Positions 47,472-56,590 of a stretch of 64,000 bases of DNA are shown piece by piece. The DNA is from Anaerohalosphaeraceae bacterium. GTDB taxonomy: Bacteria > Planctomycetota > Phycisphaerae > Sedimentisphaerales > Anaerohalosphaeraceae. Every line of letters begins with the position of its first letter. Position 1 is the stretch's first letter. The stretch is taken from NCBI GenBank assembly GCA_963675525.2, contig CAXXSL010000019.1:1-64000 (forward strand). Reading direction: 5' to 3'. A program made the position numbers and the translations under genes. The notes under the pieces were generated by a model. That model ran no database searches. It was not told where the DNA came from and saw only the letters and a list, made by a program, of their open reading frames with translations.

Positions 47472-50400
47472 ATGAAATGTCATGTTTTGTTTGTCATTGT
47501 ATTGCTGGTTTTTTCTACGATCGCAAGTGCGGATCCCGGACCGATGGTGTTGTTTTATAACAGTGAGGCCTCCTACTTATCCAATGCGACATCCAATAGC
47601 GCCCTGCCGATAGGCAATGGCAAACTGGCCGCGATGGTATACGGCGGCATGTCCACCGAAATCATCCAGTTCAATGAGGATACGGTTTGGGCCGGTCAGC
47701 CGCATGATTATTCCCATCCGGGTGCTTCCGGCTACCTGTCTCAGATCCAAAATTATGTATGGAACGAGCAGGGCCAGGCGGCTTGGGCTGTGGCTGATGA
47801 TACCTTTATGAGTGTGGGTGGCGGCGCTAGTGGTTCTGATGATCTGCGTCAATGTCCCTATCAGCCGACGGCCGAACTGCGTTTGTCCTTTGGCCATTCC
47901 GGTTCGAACTATCGCCGTCAATTGGATCTGACCACAGCGACCGCTTCGGCTACTTATGAGACCGGCGGCGTCACCTATCAAAGAGATTGTTTTGCCAGTT
48001 ATCCGGATAATGTGATCGTGGTGCGTTTGACGGCCAGCCAGTCCGGCAGTATCAGCTTTACCTGCAGTTTAACCACGCCTCATACGACGGTCAGCAACTC
48101 TGTGTCCGGCAATGATGTAGTCTTGAGGGGCGCCGTTGACCATGTGGGTCGCAACGACTTGCCCAGTGATATCGAATTTGAATCACGGGTACGTGTTCTC
48201 AGTGAAGGCGGTTCGGTATCACCTTCCGGGTCGTCCCTGGTGGTGAGCAATGCCGATGCTGTAACCCTGGTGTTGGGTGCTGCTTCGAACTTTGTCAGTT
48301 ATGATGATATCAGCGCTGATGAGAGCCAAATCTGCTCACAAACCGTGGCAAACGCCTCAACCAAGGGCTTTACGACTTTGCGTCAGGATCAGTTGAACGA
48401 TTATCAAGCCCTCTTCAACCGGGTGACGCTGGATCTGGGCACCTCGAGCAAAGTCAATAACCCCATCGACCAGCGTATAGACGACATCGAAACCGGGGTG
48501 AATTACGCCAAGACCATGGGTGATTGGTCATATTTCACCGCCGATGATCTGCAGTTTATTGCTTTGAATTTCCAGATGGCCCGCTATCTGATGATTGCGG
48601 GTTCCCGTCCCGGTTCGCAGCCCCTGAATTTGCAGGGTAAGTGGAATAACGAGGTTGAACCCTCGTGGGAAGGCAAGATGACTCTTAACATCAATGAGGA
48701 GATGAACTATTGGGGTGCGGAGGTCGCGAACCTGGGTGAATGTCATGAGCCGCTATTTGACATGACCCGGGATTTGTCTGAGAGTGGCGCTACCGTGGCG
48801 ACCGTGCATTATGGTGCCGATGGCTGGATGGTGCATCACAACACCGATCTATGGCGTGGTGCAGCGCCGATTAACAGTCCCGGCGGGCTCTGGCCGACCG
48901 GCGGGGCCTGGCTCTCCATGCATCTGTGGTGGCACTATGAATACAGCGGTGATACCGCCTATCTGTCCGAGATCTATCCCTTGATGAAGGGTGCGGCCGA
49001 GTTCTTTGTGGACTTCCTGGAACCACATCCCGGTTATCCAGGCTATATTGTGACTAATCCCAGTCACTCTCCGGAGCAGCCCCGTCCTGACTTAGGGGAT
49101 GACGGTGAAATTATCGCCGGTCCTATGATGGATAATCAGTTGATCCGATGCTTGTTTACGTATGTGATTGAAGCCAGCCAAATTCTGGGCGTGGATGCGA
49201 CTTTCCGATCGCAGTTGGAGACTCTGCGGGCCCAGTTGCCTCCAAATATGATTGGTTCACAAGGCCAACTTCAGGAATGGCTGGAGGATGTGGATCAGGC
49301 CGGTACGCACCGTCACATGTCGCATTTGGTTGACCTGATGCCGGCCGGTAATATCACGCCGCACCATACCCCGGCCTTTGCGGACGCGGTGGAGGTGGTC
49401 CTGGATTGGAAGGGTGATGAAACGAATAACACAGCCTGGAGTATGGCCTGGAAGATGTGCTGCCGCACACGTCTGCTCCAGGGCGATCATGCCTACATGA
49501 TCCTCAATCAGATTTTCGGTAAATCACATACGCATAACATGACCTTTTCCCGCAAAGGGGGGAATGCTTATACTACCTCTGAGAACCAGATTGACGGCAA
49601 TCTTGGTGTCTTGATGGGCACGGCAGAGATGTTCCTGCAGAGTCAGCAGGGCGAAGTGTATCTCTTGCCGGCGTTGCCGAGTAAACTGGTGACTGGAAGT
49701 GTAACCGGTTTGAGAGCCCGCGGCGGCTTTGAGGTTGATATTGCCTGGGACAATAATCAGCTGCAGACTGCACAAATCGAATCGCTGGTGGGTAACACCT
49801 GTCGCGTTCGCTCGGTGTGGCCGTTCAACGTGACCGATGGGGGCCAGAGTGTGACAGTGTCGACACCGGGTACGGATCTTTACGAATTTGATACGGTAGC
49901 CGGGCACACCTACTTACTGACGGCCGGTGCGATTAATGACTCGACCGCTCCGGATCCTGATCCGATGGAATGGGATGTTGTTCCGACCACTGTCGACGGT
50001 AATTCGATTACCATGACCGCCAGAACGGCAACAGACATCAGCGGCGTAGAATACTTCTTTGAGAACGAGACGGTTACTGACGGCAGCCACGATTCCGGTT
50101 GGCAGGCGAGCCCGATATTCGTTGACACGAATCTTGCCCTCAGTACGAGCTATACCTATAACGTCATTGCCAGAGATTTAAGTCCCAATCAAAATGCAAC
50201 CGATCCCTCCGCGTCAGAATTGGCTACGACGACGGGTACGCCGACGGATCTAACGCCTCCGTCGCCGAATCCGATGACATGGGCTGACGAACCGACAACG
50301 ATTGACACACAGTCGATTACCATGACTGCTACGGCGGCAACAGATACCAGCGGCGTCGAATACTTCTTTGAGAACGAGACGATTACTGACGGTAGCCACG

Positions 50401-51626
50401 ATTCCGGCTGGCAGGACAGCAATATCTACACGGATACGGGTTTGCTCCCGAATACCAGCTATACGTACAACGTTACGGCCCGGGATAAAAGCCCCTTGCA
50501 AAATGCGACGGGTGCCTCGTTATCGGAGTCGGCCACAACTGATGCTGACAGCACTCCTCCAACACCGGATCCGATGACATGGGCTGTCGCGCCGTATCCC
50601 GTCGATAGCTCTTCGATCTCCATGACGGCGACCACCGCTTCCGATCCAGACGGTGTCGAGTACTACTTTGCCAACCTGACCGATCCAAGCCATGATTCAG
50701 GCTGGATCGCCAGCCCTTTTTGGACGGATACCGCTCTGGAAGCGGGTGCCACCTACAGCTATGAGGTGCAGGCGCGTGATACCAGTGTCAACGAAAATGA
50801 AACCGGTTGGTCAGATACGGCGCCCGCAACGACGGATCCATGGTCGTGTACAACACTGATCGAAGTTGACTTAAATAGCGACTGTCAGGTGAATATAATC
50901 GATCTCGCAACGCTTTCGTCGAAGTGGACAAATGATTCGAGTGCTGCTGAATTGATCGTTAACGGTGAATTCGAAACCGGTCTATCTCCCTGGACTCTTG
51001 TCTCACTATCGGGTGCATCTGGCACAATGACCGCCAGCCCCGATGTGGCAGTAGGAAATCCTCCGGACTCTGCTCTGGTTGAGACGGATACCGGCACTAC
51101 CGGTGCCAATGACCACCGTTTTTACCAGGTGATCCCGGTGACCGTTGGAAATGAATACGTATTCAGCGGCGATTGGGCAGGTGACATTTCCGGTACCATC
51201 GCTACCAATCCCTCGGCAAGGAATTGGGCAGAGGTCTTGATCGGATTTACTAATAACGCGACTCCCGGCGACTCGGACTTCGGCAGTATTATCTACAAAA
51301 AAGCGTACGGCAATGGGAATCTCAATACCTCGACCGGCGTCTGGGGATGGGAATCGATTACCGCCTCTCCCAATGGTTCCAGTGCCCCGGCGGGCGGTGT
51401 TTTCACTGCGACCGCACCGTACATGTGTATTTCGTTCAATCTCGGCGGTCGGGCGAACTCGGGCGAAACAAACTATTGGGTCGACAATATATCAGTAACC
51501 GGAAATTCGCCCTGTGCGGAGATTGATTTTACGGGTGACTGTGTGCTGAATTTAGAGGACTTTGAAGCTTTCGCAGAGGATTGGCTTATGTGTAATCGCG
51601 ATCCTTCGTCGCAGTGCGGGATGTAG
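47472..51626 (+). CDS. Secreted modular GH95 alpha-L-fucosidase/alpha-L-galactosidase + 3 Fn3-like modules + dockerin-like/CBM-like tail
   Basis: [85 protein letters not shown]. Confidence 0.92.
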   Translation: MKCHVLFVIVLLVFSTIASADPGPMVLFYNSEASYLSNATSNSALPIGNGKLAAMVYGGMSTEIIQFNEDTVWAGQPHDYSHPGASGYLSQIQNYVWNEQGQAAWAVADDTFMSVGGGASGSDDLRQCPYQPTAELRLSFGHSGSNYRRQLDLTTATASATYETGGVTYQRDCFASYPDNVIVVRLTASQSGSISFTCSLTTPHTTVSNSVSGNDVVLRGAVDHVGRNDLPSDIEFESRVRVLSEGGSVSPSGSSLVVSNADAVTLVLGAASNFVSYDDISADESQICSQTVANASTKGFTTLRQDQLNDYQALFNRVTLDLGTSSKVNNPIDQRIDDIETGVNYAKTMGDWSYFTADDLQFIALNFQMARYLMIAGSRPGSQPLNLQGKWNNEVEPSWEGKMTLNINEEMNYWGAEVANLGECHEPLFDMTRDLSESGATVATVHYGADGWMVHHNTDLWRGAAPINSPGGLWPTGGAWLSMHLWWHYEYSGDTAYLSEIYPLMKGAAEFFVDFLEPHPGYPGYIVTNPSHSPEQPRPDLGDDGEIIAGPMMDNQLIRCLFTYVIEASQILGVDATFRSQLETLRAQLPPNMIGSQGQLQEWLEDVDQAGTHRHMSHLVDLMPAGNITPHHTPAFADAVEVVLDWKGDETNNTAWSMAWKMCCRTRLLQGDHAYMILNQIFGKSHTHNMTFSRKGGNAYTTSENQIDGNLGVLMGTAEMFLQSQQGEVYLLPALPSKLVTGSVTGLRARGGFEVDIAWDNNQLQTAQIESLVGNTCRVRSVWPFNVTDGGQSVTVSTPGTDLYEFDTVAGHTYLLTAGAINDSTAPDPDPMEWDVVPTTVDGNSITMTARTATDISGVEYFFENETVTDGSHDSGWQASPIFVDTNLALSTSYTYNVIARDLSPNQNATDPSASELATTTGTPTDLTPPSPNPMTWADEPTTIDTQSITMTATAATDTSGVEYFFENETITDGSHDSGWQDSNIYTDTGLLPNTSYTYNVTARDKSPLQNATGASLSESATTDADSTPPTPDPMTWAVAPYPVDSSSISMTATTASDPDGVEYYFANLTDPSHDSGWIASPFWTDTALEAGATYSYEVQARDTSVNENETGWSDTAPATTDPWSCTTLIEVDLNSDCQVNIIDLATLSSKWTNDSSAAELIVNGEFETGLSPWTLVSLSGASGTMTASPDVAVGNPPDSALVETDTGTTGANDHRFYQVIPVTVGNEYVFSGDWAGDISGTIATNPSARNWAEVLIGFTNNATPGDSDFGSIIYKKAYGNGNLNTSTGVWGWESITASPNGSSAPAGGVFTATAPYMCISFNLGGRANSGETNYWVDNISVTGNSPCAEIDFTGDCVLNLEDFEAFAEDWLMCNRDPSSQCGM

Positions 51627-51706
51627 GATCGCTTAGCGGTCTGACCCCTTTTCCGATAATTTCGGATTTCAGTGATTATCTAAATCAAAAACGGAAATCA
51701 GGTTCG

Positions 51707-51746
51707 AAACTGTCCGATTCGTGTTCCCAAATCGGACAGTTTTTTT
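51707..51746. terminator. Hairpin between convergent genes
   Basis: AAACTGTCCGATT...AATCGGACAGTTT followed by more T. Confidence 0.6.
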
Positions 51747-51809
51747 ATCGATACAGGATTGTGATGGCGGCCGAAAACGCCTTGACGGTGCTTTCGAATA
51801 AAACACGCC

Positions 51810-52565
51810 TCATTTACTTCGATTGACCCAGGCTTTGTAGTGTTCACGATAGCCATAACCGAAGTAGTCAATGGAGAATTCGTTACGGATCTTATATTTC
51901 TTGAAGATCTTGATGATTCGTTTATCTGTCCATGCCGCGAGCGACTCGGTCCGGGCCTGTTCCATGCGTTGTCGAAGAATTTTCTTTTCCTCCTCCTTCA
52001 TTTCCGGCACCATTTCGACATAGGCATTATAGGTGCGGTCGACGCCCGGCGAACGCGTGATGTGATCCAGTAACGCTATAACCTGCTCTTCGCTGAGTTC
52101 CTGTCGCAGCGCCTTGAGCAGTCGGTGAATCTGGGGAGCAAACTCAGCATAGATTGGATCGATTTGTTCGACCATGACAGTCAATGCCTTCAGTTCATCT
52201 TTGCCTCCCTTGTTTGGGTCACGCGCATCATCCCAGGCCGACCAAGCGGCATTCAGTTTTTCATCCACCTGCTGGTGCCAGGCCCATACTCGGCCATAGT
52301 GTTCAGCCAGCAGTGACGCCACCTTGACTTCCTTCATTTCGTTCTCTAAGTTTAGCTTTTGCGACAAATTTTTGCCTTTGTTTTGAACATTGTTTTGAAT
52401 GTCCTCCGGCAGCTCCGGTGACATCCAGGCTGGTGCCGCTGCAGGGCCGGCGTCTATTGCCGCCTGTGTCCTGACCGCCACCTCAACAGCAGTTTCGGCA
52501 TGAAGGACTGATACACCCAACAAAGCGATTAATAATGCCTGGATTATATTTATTTGTCTCGTCAT
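51810..52565 (-). CDS. Secreted DUF3826-like alpha-helical protein
   Basis: Signal peptide; LSEEQV..L.D.IT...V..TY.AY.EMVP.M.EEEK..L...M.QAR...F.KYK.R pattern recalled as DUF3826 (no search run). Confidence 0.65.
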   Translation of the reverse strand: MTRQINIIQALLIALLGVSVLHAETAVEVAVRTQAAIDAGPAAAPAWMSPELPEDIQNNVQNKGKNLSQKLNLENEMKEVKVASLLAEHYGRVWAWHQQVDEKLNAAWSAWDDARDPNKGGKDELKALTVMVEQIDPIYAEFAPQIHRLLKALRQELSEEQVIALLDHITRSPGVDRTYNAYVEMVPEMKEEEKKILRQRMEQARTESLAAWTDKRIIKIFKKYKIRNEFSIDYFGYGYREHYKAWVNRSK

Positions 52566-52888
52566 AAAAGGTCTCCAATCAACCGATATTTCCCAAATCA
52601 ACCTGCTCGGCAACGTTGCCAAACCATATTCTCGCTATCTTATGATATTACCTTGAGATGATGCAAGTCTTTCCAATAAAATGCACACTATTTTTTCTCA
52701 AACAGGTCTTTTCCTGATACTGTCACTGCTCAATAACCGCTTGGGTGTATGTTTAAGGGGCGTTTTTTCAATGTTTACGTCCGAATATTACGCAATAATA
52801 CACTGTTTAGGTCGTGGAATAGTCCTATAATAGCTGTATTTGTGTGTAAAACAGAATCATACAGGTCTCAACCACAGCTAAATTCTAA

Positions 52889-52947
52889 GAATATGACAAG
52901 TATTTTCATTAATTCGGGTAGAACCAATCCTTGTATTATGCTATACT
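52889..52947 (+). promoter_or_regulatory. Conserved promoter module, copy B
   Basis: GAATATGAC-44 nt-TATACT with ATGn extended -10. Confidence 0.75.
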
Positions 52948-53081
52948 TATGAAAATGTTGAAGTAGGTTGGATTCAACTAGTGTGTGGATGTGGAGTTTT
53001 TATTCTTTTGCGGCGTGGAGAGCTTCATATTATTTGAGTTAATGGGTCTACTACGATTTAAATTATCGGAACATGACATAA

Positions 53082-53140
53082 GAATATGACCGGTTTTTTC
53101 TTTAATGCGGGTAGATTTATTCTTTGTTTTATGTTAGACT
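53082..53140 (+). promoter_or_regulatory. Conserved promoter module, copy C (upstream of the PEP-CTERM gene)
   Basis: GAATATGAC-44 nt-TAGACT with ATGn extended -10. Confidence 0.75.
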
Positions 53141-53218
53141 TGTGAGCGTGTGCAAGTGTTTTGCACTATGTTGTGTGGAGTTGTAGTATTTTTATTAACT
53201 TTTTTGGAGGCTGGAAAG

Positions 53219-54070
53219 ATGAAAAGATTATTGGTTTTAATGGCGCTTGTTGCGGTAGTGTTACTTGCAACGAATGCCCAGGCAGCAGTTTACTCAACCC
53301 GCCACGATGGCGGTGCTGATGCCGAGTTGCGCGAATCGGCTCCGGACCAAGCCAGGGGTACGGGCACAGAAATCGCGTCACGTATCGCGAGCAATCGCAA
53401 CAGCGTGATCTACCTGAAGTTCAACGTTGCAGACATTAGCCCGGCCGAACTGCTTGGCGACATCGCCGTGCGGACGACCTATCGAAATGCCAACCAGCTT
53501 ACTGCCGGTCGCATTGAGGACACCGTTGGCGGCGGAGCAAACACTGGGTTCGATTATTTCGTGATGGATCCCACGATTGCCGGTGCCGATTGGGATGAAG
53601 CAACAATCACACCGAATAATGCACCCGCTTATAACTCTGATGGTGACCTCTCGACCAAACCGACCGGGTATACATTTTTCCCGACGACCGGTCTAACCTA
53701 TCTTGGTCAACAACTGTTCGATAGCGGCGAAATTTATGGCGGTGCCTTGCTTGTCGGCGACCAGTTCGAATTTAACAATGCTCCGGGCAGTGCATTGCAC
53801 GCTGCGATCGTAGCTGCACAGGCCACTGACCATAAAACGGTGACCGTTGTTATGGGAATCGCTCACGACGCGACCAACCCCAATACCAACTGGATTGGCT
53901 TTAATTACTTGATGAACCCGAAAGAGATGAATCCGCTGAACGCTGACTCTGACAGTCCGTGGGGCGGGGATATCATGTCTGACCTGTTCGCTCCGGCACT
54001 GGTTACCCCTGAACCGGCAACACTTGTTCTGCTTGGTCTGGGTGGACTGGTTCTGCGTAGAAAACGCTAA
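53219..54070 (+). CDS. PEP-CTERM sorting-domain surface protein with DNRLRE-like domain
   Basis: Signal peptide AQA; C-terminus TPEPATLVLLGLGGLVLRRKR; DAELRE...YLKF...WDEATIT.NNAP. Confidence 0.88.
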   Translation: MKRLLVLMALVAVVLLATNAQAAVYSTRHDGGADAELRESAPDQARGTGTEIASRIASNRNSVIYLKFNVADISPAELLGDIAVRTTYRNANQLTAGRIEDTVGGGANTGFDYFVMDPTIAGADWDEATITPNNAPAYNSDGDLSTKPTGYTFFPTTGLTYLGQQLFDSGEIYGGALLVGDQFEFNNAPGSALHAAIVAAQATDHKTVTVVMGIAHDATNPNTNWIGFNYLMNPKEMNPLNADSDSPWGGDIMSDLFAPALVTPEPATLVLLGLGGLVLRRKR

Positions 54071-54110
54071 CCACATGTTGGAATTTGATTTGAGTTAAAC
54101 CTTAAAGGTC

Positions 54111-54151
54111 CAGGTACTGCACGTTTTACGTGCAGTACCTGAATGCCTTTT
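54111..54151 (+). terminator. Long perfect hairpin after the PEP-CTERM gene
   Basis: CAGGTACTGCACGT-TTT-ACGTGCAGTACCTG. Confidence 0.65.
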
Positions 54152-54286
54152 CGATCGTGATTGACAGAGGACAGCATTTTGCGATGCTCCAATGTTTTGC
54201 TGTAAATCAGCGATTGGTGTGATTCGTTTGTGCCGCAGAGGGTTTCTGTGCTTTTAGTAACCGAATTGATACGACTTAAAGTATAA

Positions 54287-54345
54287 GAATATGACGAGTT
54301 GTTTCTTTAATGCGGGGAGACATTATCTAATTTTCATGGTATAAT
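54287..54345 (+). promoter_or_regulatory. Conserved promoter module, copy D (upstream of the Ig/LamG paralogs)
   Basis: GAATATGAC-44 nt-TATAAT with ATGn extended -10. Confidence 0.75.
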
Positions 54346-54357
54346 CTATATTTAATT

Positions 54358-54390
54358 AATATGCAATCAATATGCAATCAACATGCATTA
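54358..54390 (+). repeat. Three 11-bp direct repeats just downstream of promoter D
   Basis: AATATGCAATC AATATGCAATC AACATGCATTA. Confidence 0.7.
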
Positions 54391-54430
54391 ATGATATTAA
54401 AGAGGCGAATTTAACTGAAAGGATGGGATA

Positions 54431-56545
54431 ATGAGACGATTTTTTTGCATTTTGATGTGTTTAAGTATGGTTTCGATGGCATCGGCGCTGTCGATTACGA
54501 ATGGTAATTTTCAGGCCCAAAGCTCCCCTAATCGGGATGTTGCAGGTTGGTGGGATTATGCCGGTCCCAGTCTCGATATTTTTGCGGGCCCCAGTGTTTT
54601 CGTCGCTCCTCCCTTCTGCATCAATTCTACCACGGTTCTGCAAATGGGTAATGGTGCGAATGAAAATGAGGATGGCGGGAATCACGCCTATTGCTATCAG
54701 AGCATTGGTACCTATACCGGCACCCCCCAGATGGTCGAAATTACGTTAGATTGGGGCAGCAGCAGCTGGACTCCTAGTCCCTTAGCGCAAGGAGGCGAAA
54801 TGGGCCTCACTGTTATGATTCTGGAGTCTGACGGCACTTTTGAACCTAACGAATGGGACGGAGCGGCTCATGATATCTATGGGTTTGTGAAAGACGATGA
54901 GAACCCGGACCGCCCTATTACGGAGATCGCTCGGTCTACTGTATACAGGGATTTTGCCCCCGGCGAATCAATACTGGATGAACGATTTGTTCTTGATATA
55001 TCCAGTGCTACCGTCGGCAATGAACTGTTCCTCCGAATCAATGACGTTAAAGTGGTCAACATTCCGTATGCGAATGTGGACAACATCGAGATGTCTACTG
55101 CCTCAGTGAGAAATGAAGCGCCTGAAGATGGTGCTATATATGTTATGACCGAACTCACTTCAGCTGAGAATGATTTGGTTTTCATCGTTGCTGATCCGAA
55201 TATTGTTGCAGTTGATGTTCTGTTTAGCTCGGATCCCAACCTGTTTCCGTCATCTGAGATCGTTACCAAGCGGACAGTAACGCAAGGTCAAAATACGGTC
55301 ACGCTTGAGACGGAATTGGCTGGAGACCTTGAATGGAGTACAGAATACACCTGGAAAGTCCTTGCTTATAAATCGGACGGTGGCGGGGGGTATTCACTCG
55401 TATTCACGGGCCTGCCCACGAGTTTCACAACCATACAGGAAGGCCCCTTCCTCAGGGATGTCACTCCAAACGTACTGGCTGTTTGGCCCGGGGAAGATGC
55501 TGTCTTCTCATTAACGGACTACATTAAAACGGATACTTTCCAGTGGTACCAAGAAGGTGTTGGTGCACTGTCTAATGGCACTGATTTTACGGGTGTCGAC
55601 TCTAATTCGCTGACGGTTCTTGATGCCCAACTGGCCGATGAAGGAACGTTCTATTGTGTCGGTACGGAAACGGCGACCGGGCTCACTGCTCAGACTTTAT
55701 CCAGTGGCCAATTGACGATTAAGCAATTGAGGTCTTACTATCCGTTTGACACCGTCGATGGAAGCGGTTATACCCCGGACGTCGTAGGCGGAAAAAATGC
55801 GCAATTGATGGGTGGGGCATCTTTGGCTAGTGCAGATCCAATCGGCAGTTATGGCAGCTACCTGGTACTTGATAATCCTCGGAATCTTATTAATCCAGAT
55901 AATCCAGGACACACTCAGTACGCAGATATCGCAGATGACACTGTTGCTCATTATCCGGATATTACCGTTAGCTGCTGGGTCAAGCCGACGCTCCTTGATC
56001 TCGATTATGAACGATATGCCCGCATCTTTGACTTTGGTCAAGATAATGATAATTACTTTTATCTTACGTTGCTTACAAATTCAAACGAAGCGTCTTGTGT
56101 GATAGCTCTTGACGGCAGTGAGCGTGACGCCGATGGTGACGGTGAGATCGGTTACGGCACACAGTGGCTTTATGTTGTGTTAACGATCGAAGATGGTGGT
56201 GGTAAAATCTATATTAACGGTGAATACGGCGGCGGGGGAGGTTTACGCAATCCGTCGGATATACCTAAGACACTCAATTACATCGGTAAAGCCATCAGCA
56301 CCGAGGCCACTTACCCGAACTTCGGCGGCCTGATCGATGAACTGAAGATCTATAACTATGCCCTAACAGCTGAGGAGATTGCCCAGGAATACATGGATGT
56401 TCGAACGGAAGTTGAATTTATATGCAATAGGGATGACTACGATCTAGGAGACTGGGACTTCGATAACAATTGCCAGGTAGATCTTTCCGATTTTGCGGAG
56501 ATTGCTGAAAAATGGCTGCTTGATTACTTCATATATCCGCAATAA
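54431..56545 (+). CDS. Secreted non-catalytic protein: CBM-like N-domain, Ig domain, LamG, C-terminal dockerin-like repeat (paralog 1)
   Basis: ITNGNF start; FQWY...LTVLDAQLADEGTFYCV Ig motif; RIFDFG, FGGLIDELKIYN; DFDNNCQVDLSDFAEIAEKWL. Confidence 0.8.
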   Translation: MRRFFCILMCLSMVSMASALSITNGNFQAQSSPNRDVAGWWDYAGPSLDIFAGPSVFVAPPFCINSTTVLQMGNGANENEDGGNHAYCYQSIGTYTGTPQMVEITLDWGSSSWTPSPLAQGGEMGLTVMILESDGTFEPNEWDGAAHDIYGFVKDDENPDRPITEIARSTVYRDFAPGESILDERFVLDISSATVGNELFLRINDVKVVNIPYANVDNIEMSTASVRNEAPEDGAIYVMTELTSAENDLVFIVADPNIVAVDVLFSSDPNLFPSSEIVTKRTVTQGQNTVTLETELAGDLEWSTEYTWKVLAYKSDGGGGYSLVFTGLPTSFTTIQEGPFLRDVTPNVLAVWPGEDAVFSLTDYIKTDTFQWYQEGVGALSNGTDFTGVDSNSLTVLDAQLADEGTFYCVGTETATGLTAQTLSSGQLTIKQLRSYYPFDTVDGSGYTPDVVGGKNAQLMGGASLASADPIGSYGSYLVLDNPRNLINPDNPGHTQYADIADDTVAHYPDITVSCWVKPTLLDLDYERYARIFDFGQDNDNYFYLTLLTNSNEASCVIALDGSERDADGDGEIGYGTQWLYVVLTIEDGGGKIYINGEYGGGGGLRNPSDIPKTLNYIGKAISTEATYPNFGGLIDELKIYNYALTAEEIAQEYMDVRTEVEFICNRDDYDLGDWDFDNNCQVDLSDFAEIAEKWLLDYFIYPQ

Positions 56546-56590
56546 GCACCATTATAAAGAAGCTAAATTTATAACTGAAAGGATAGCAAA

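Noticed and set aside
39456..51626. Repeated modules as a diversity-generating retroelement or IS-derived repeats
   Set aside because: No reverse transcriptase or transposase in the window; differences between copies are not adenine-specific and copies are in-frame protein domains
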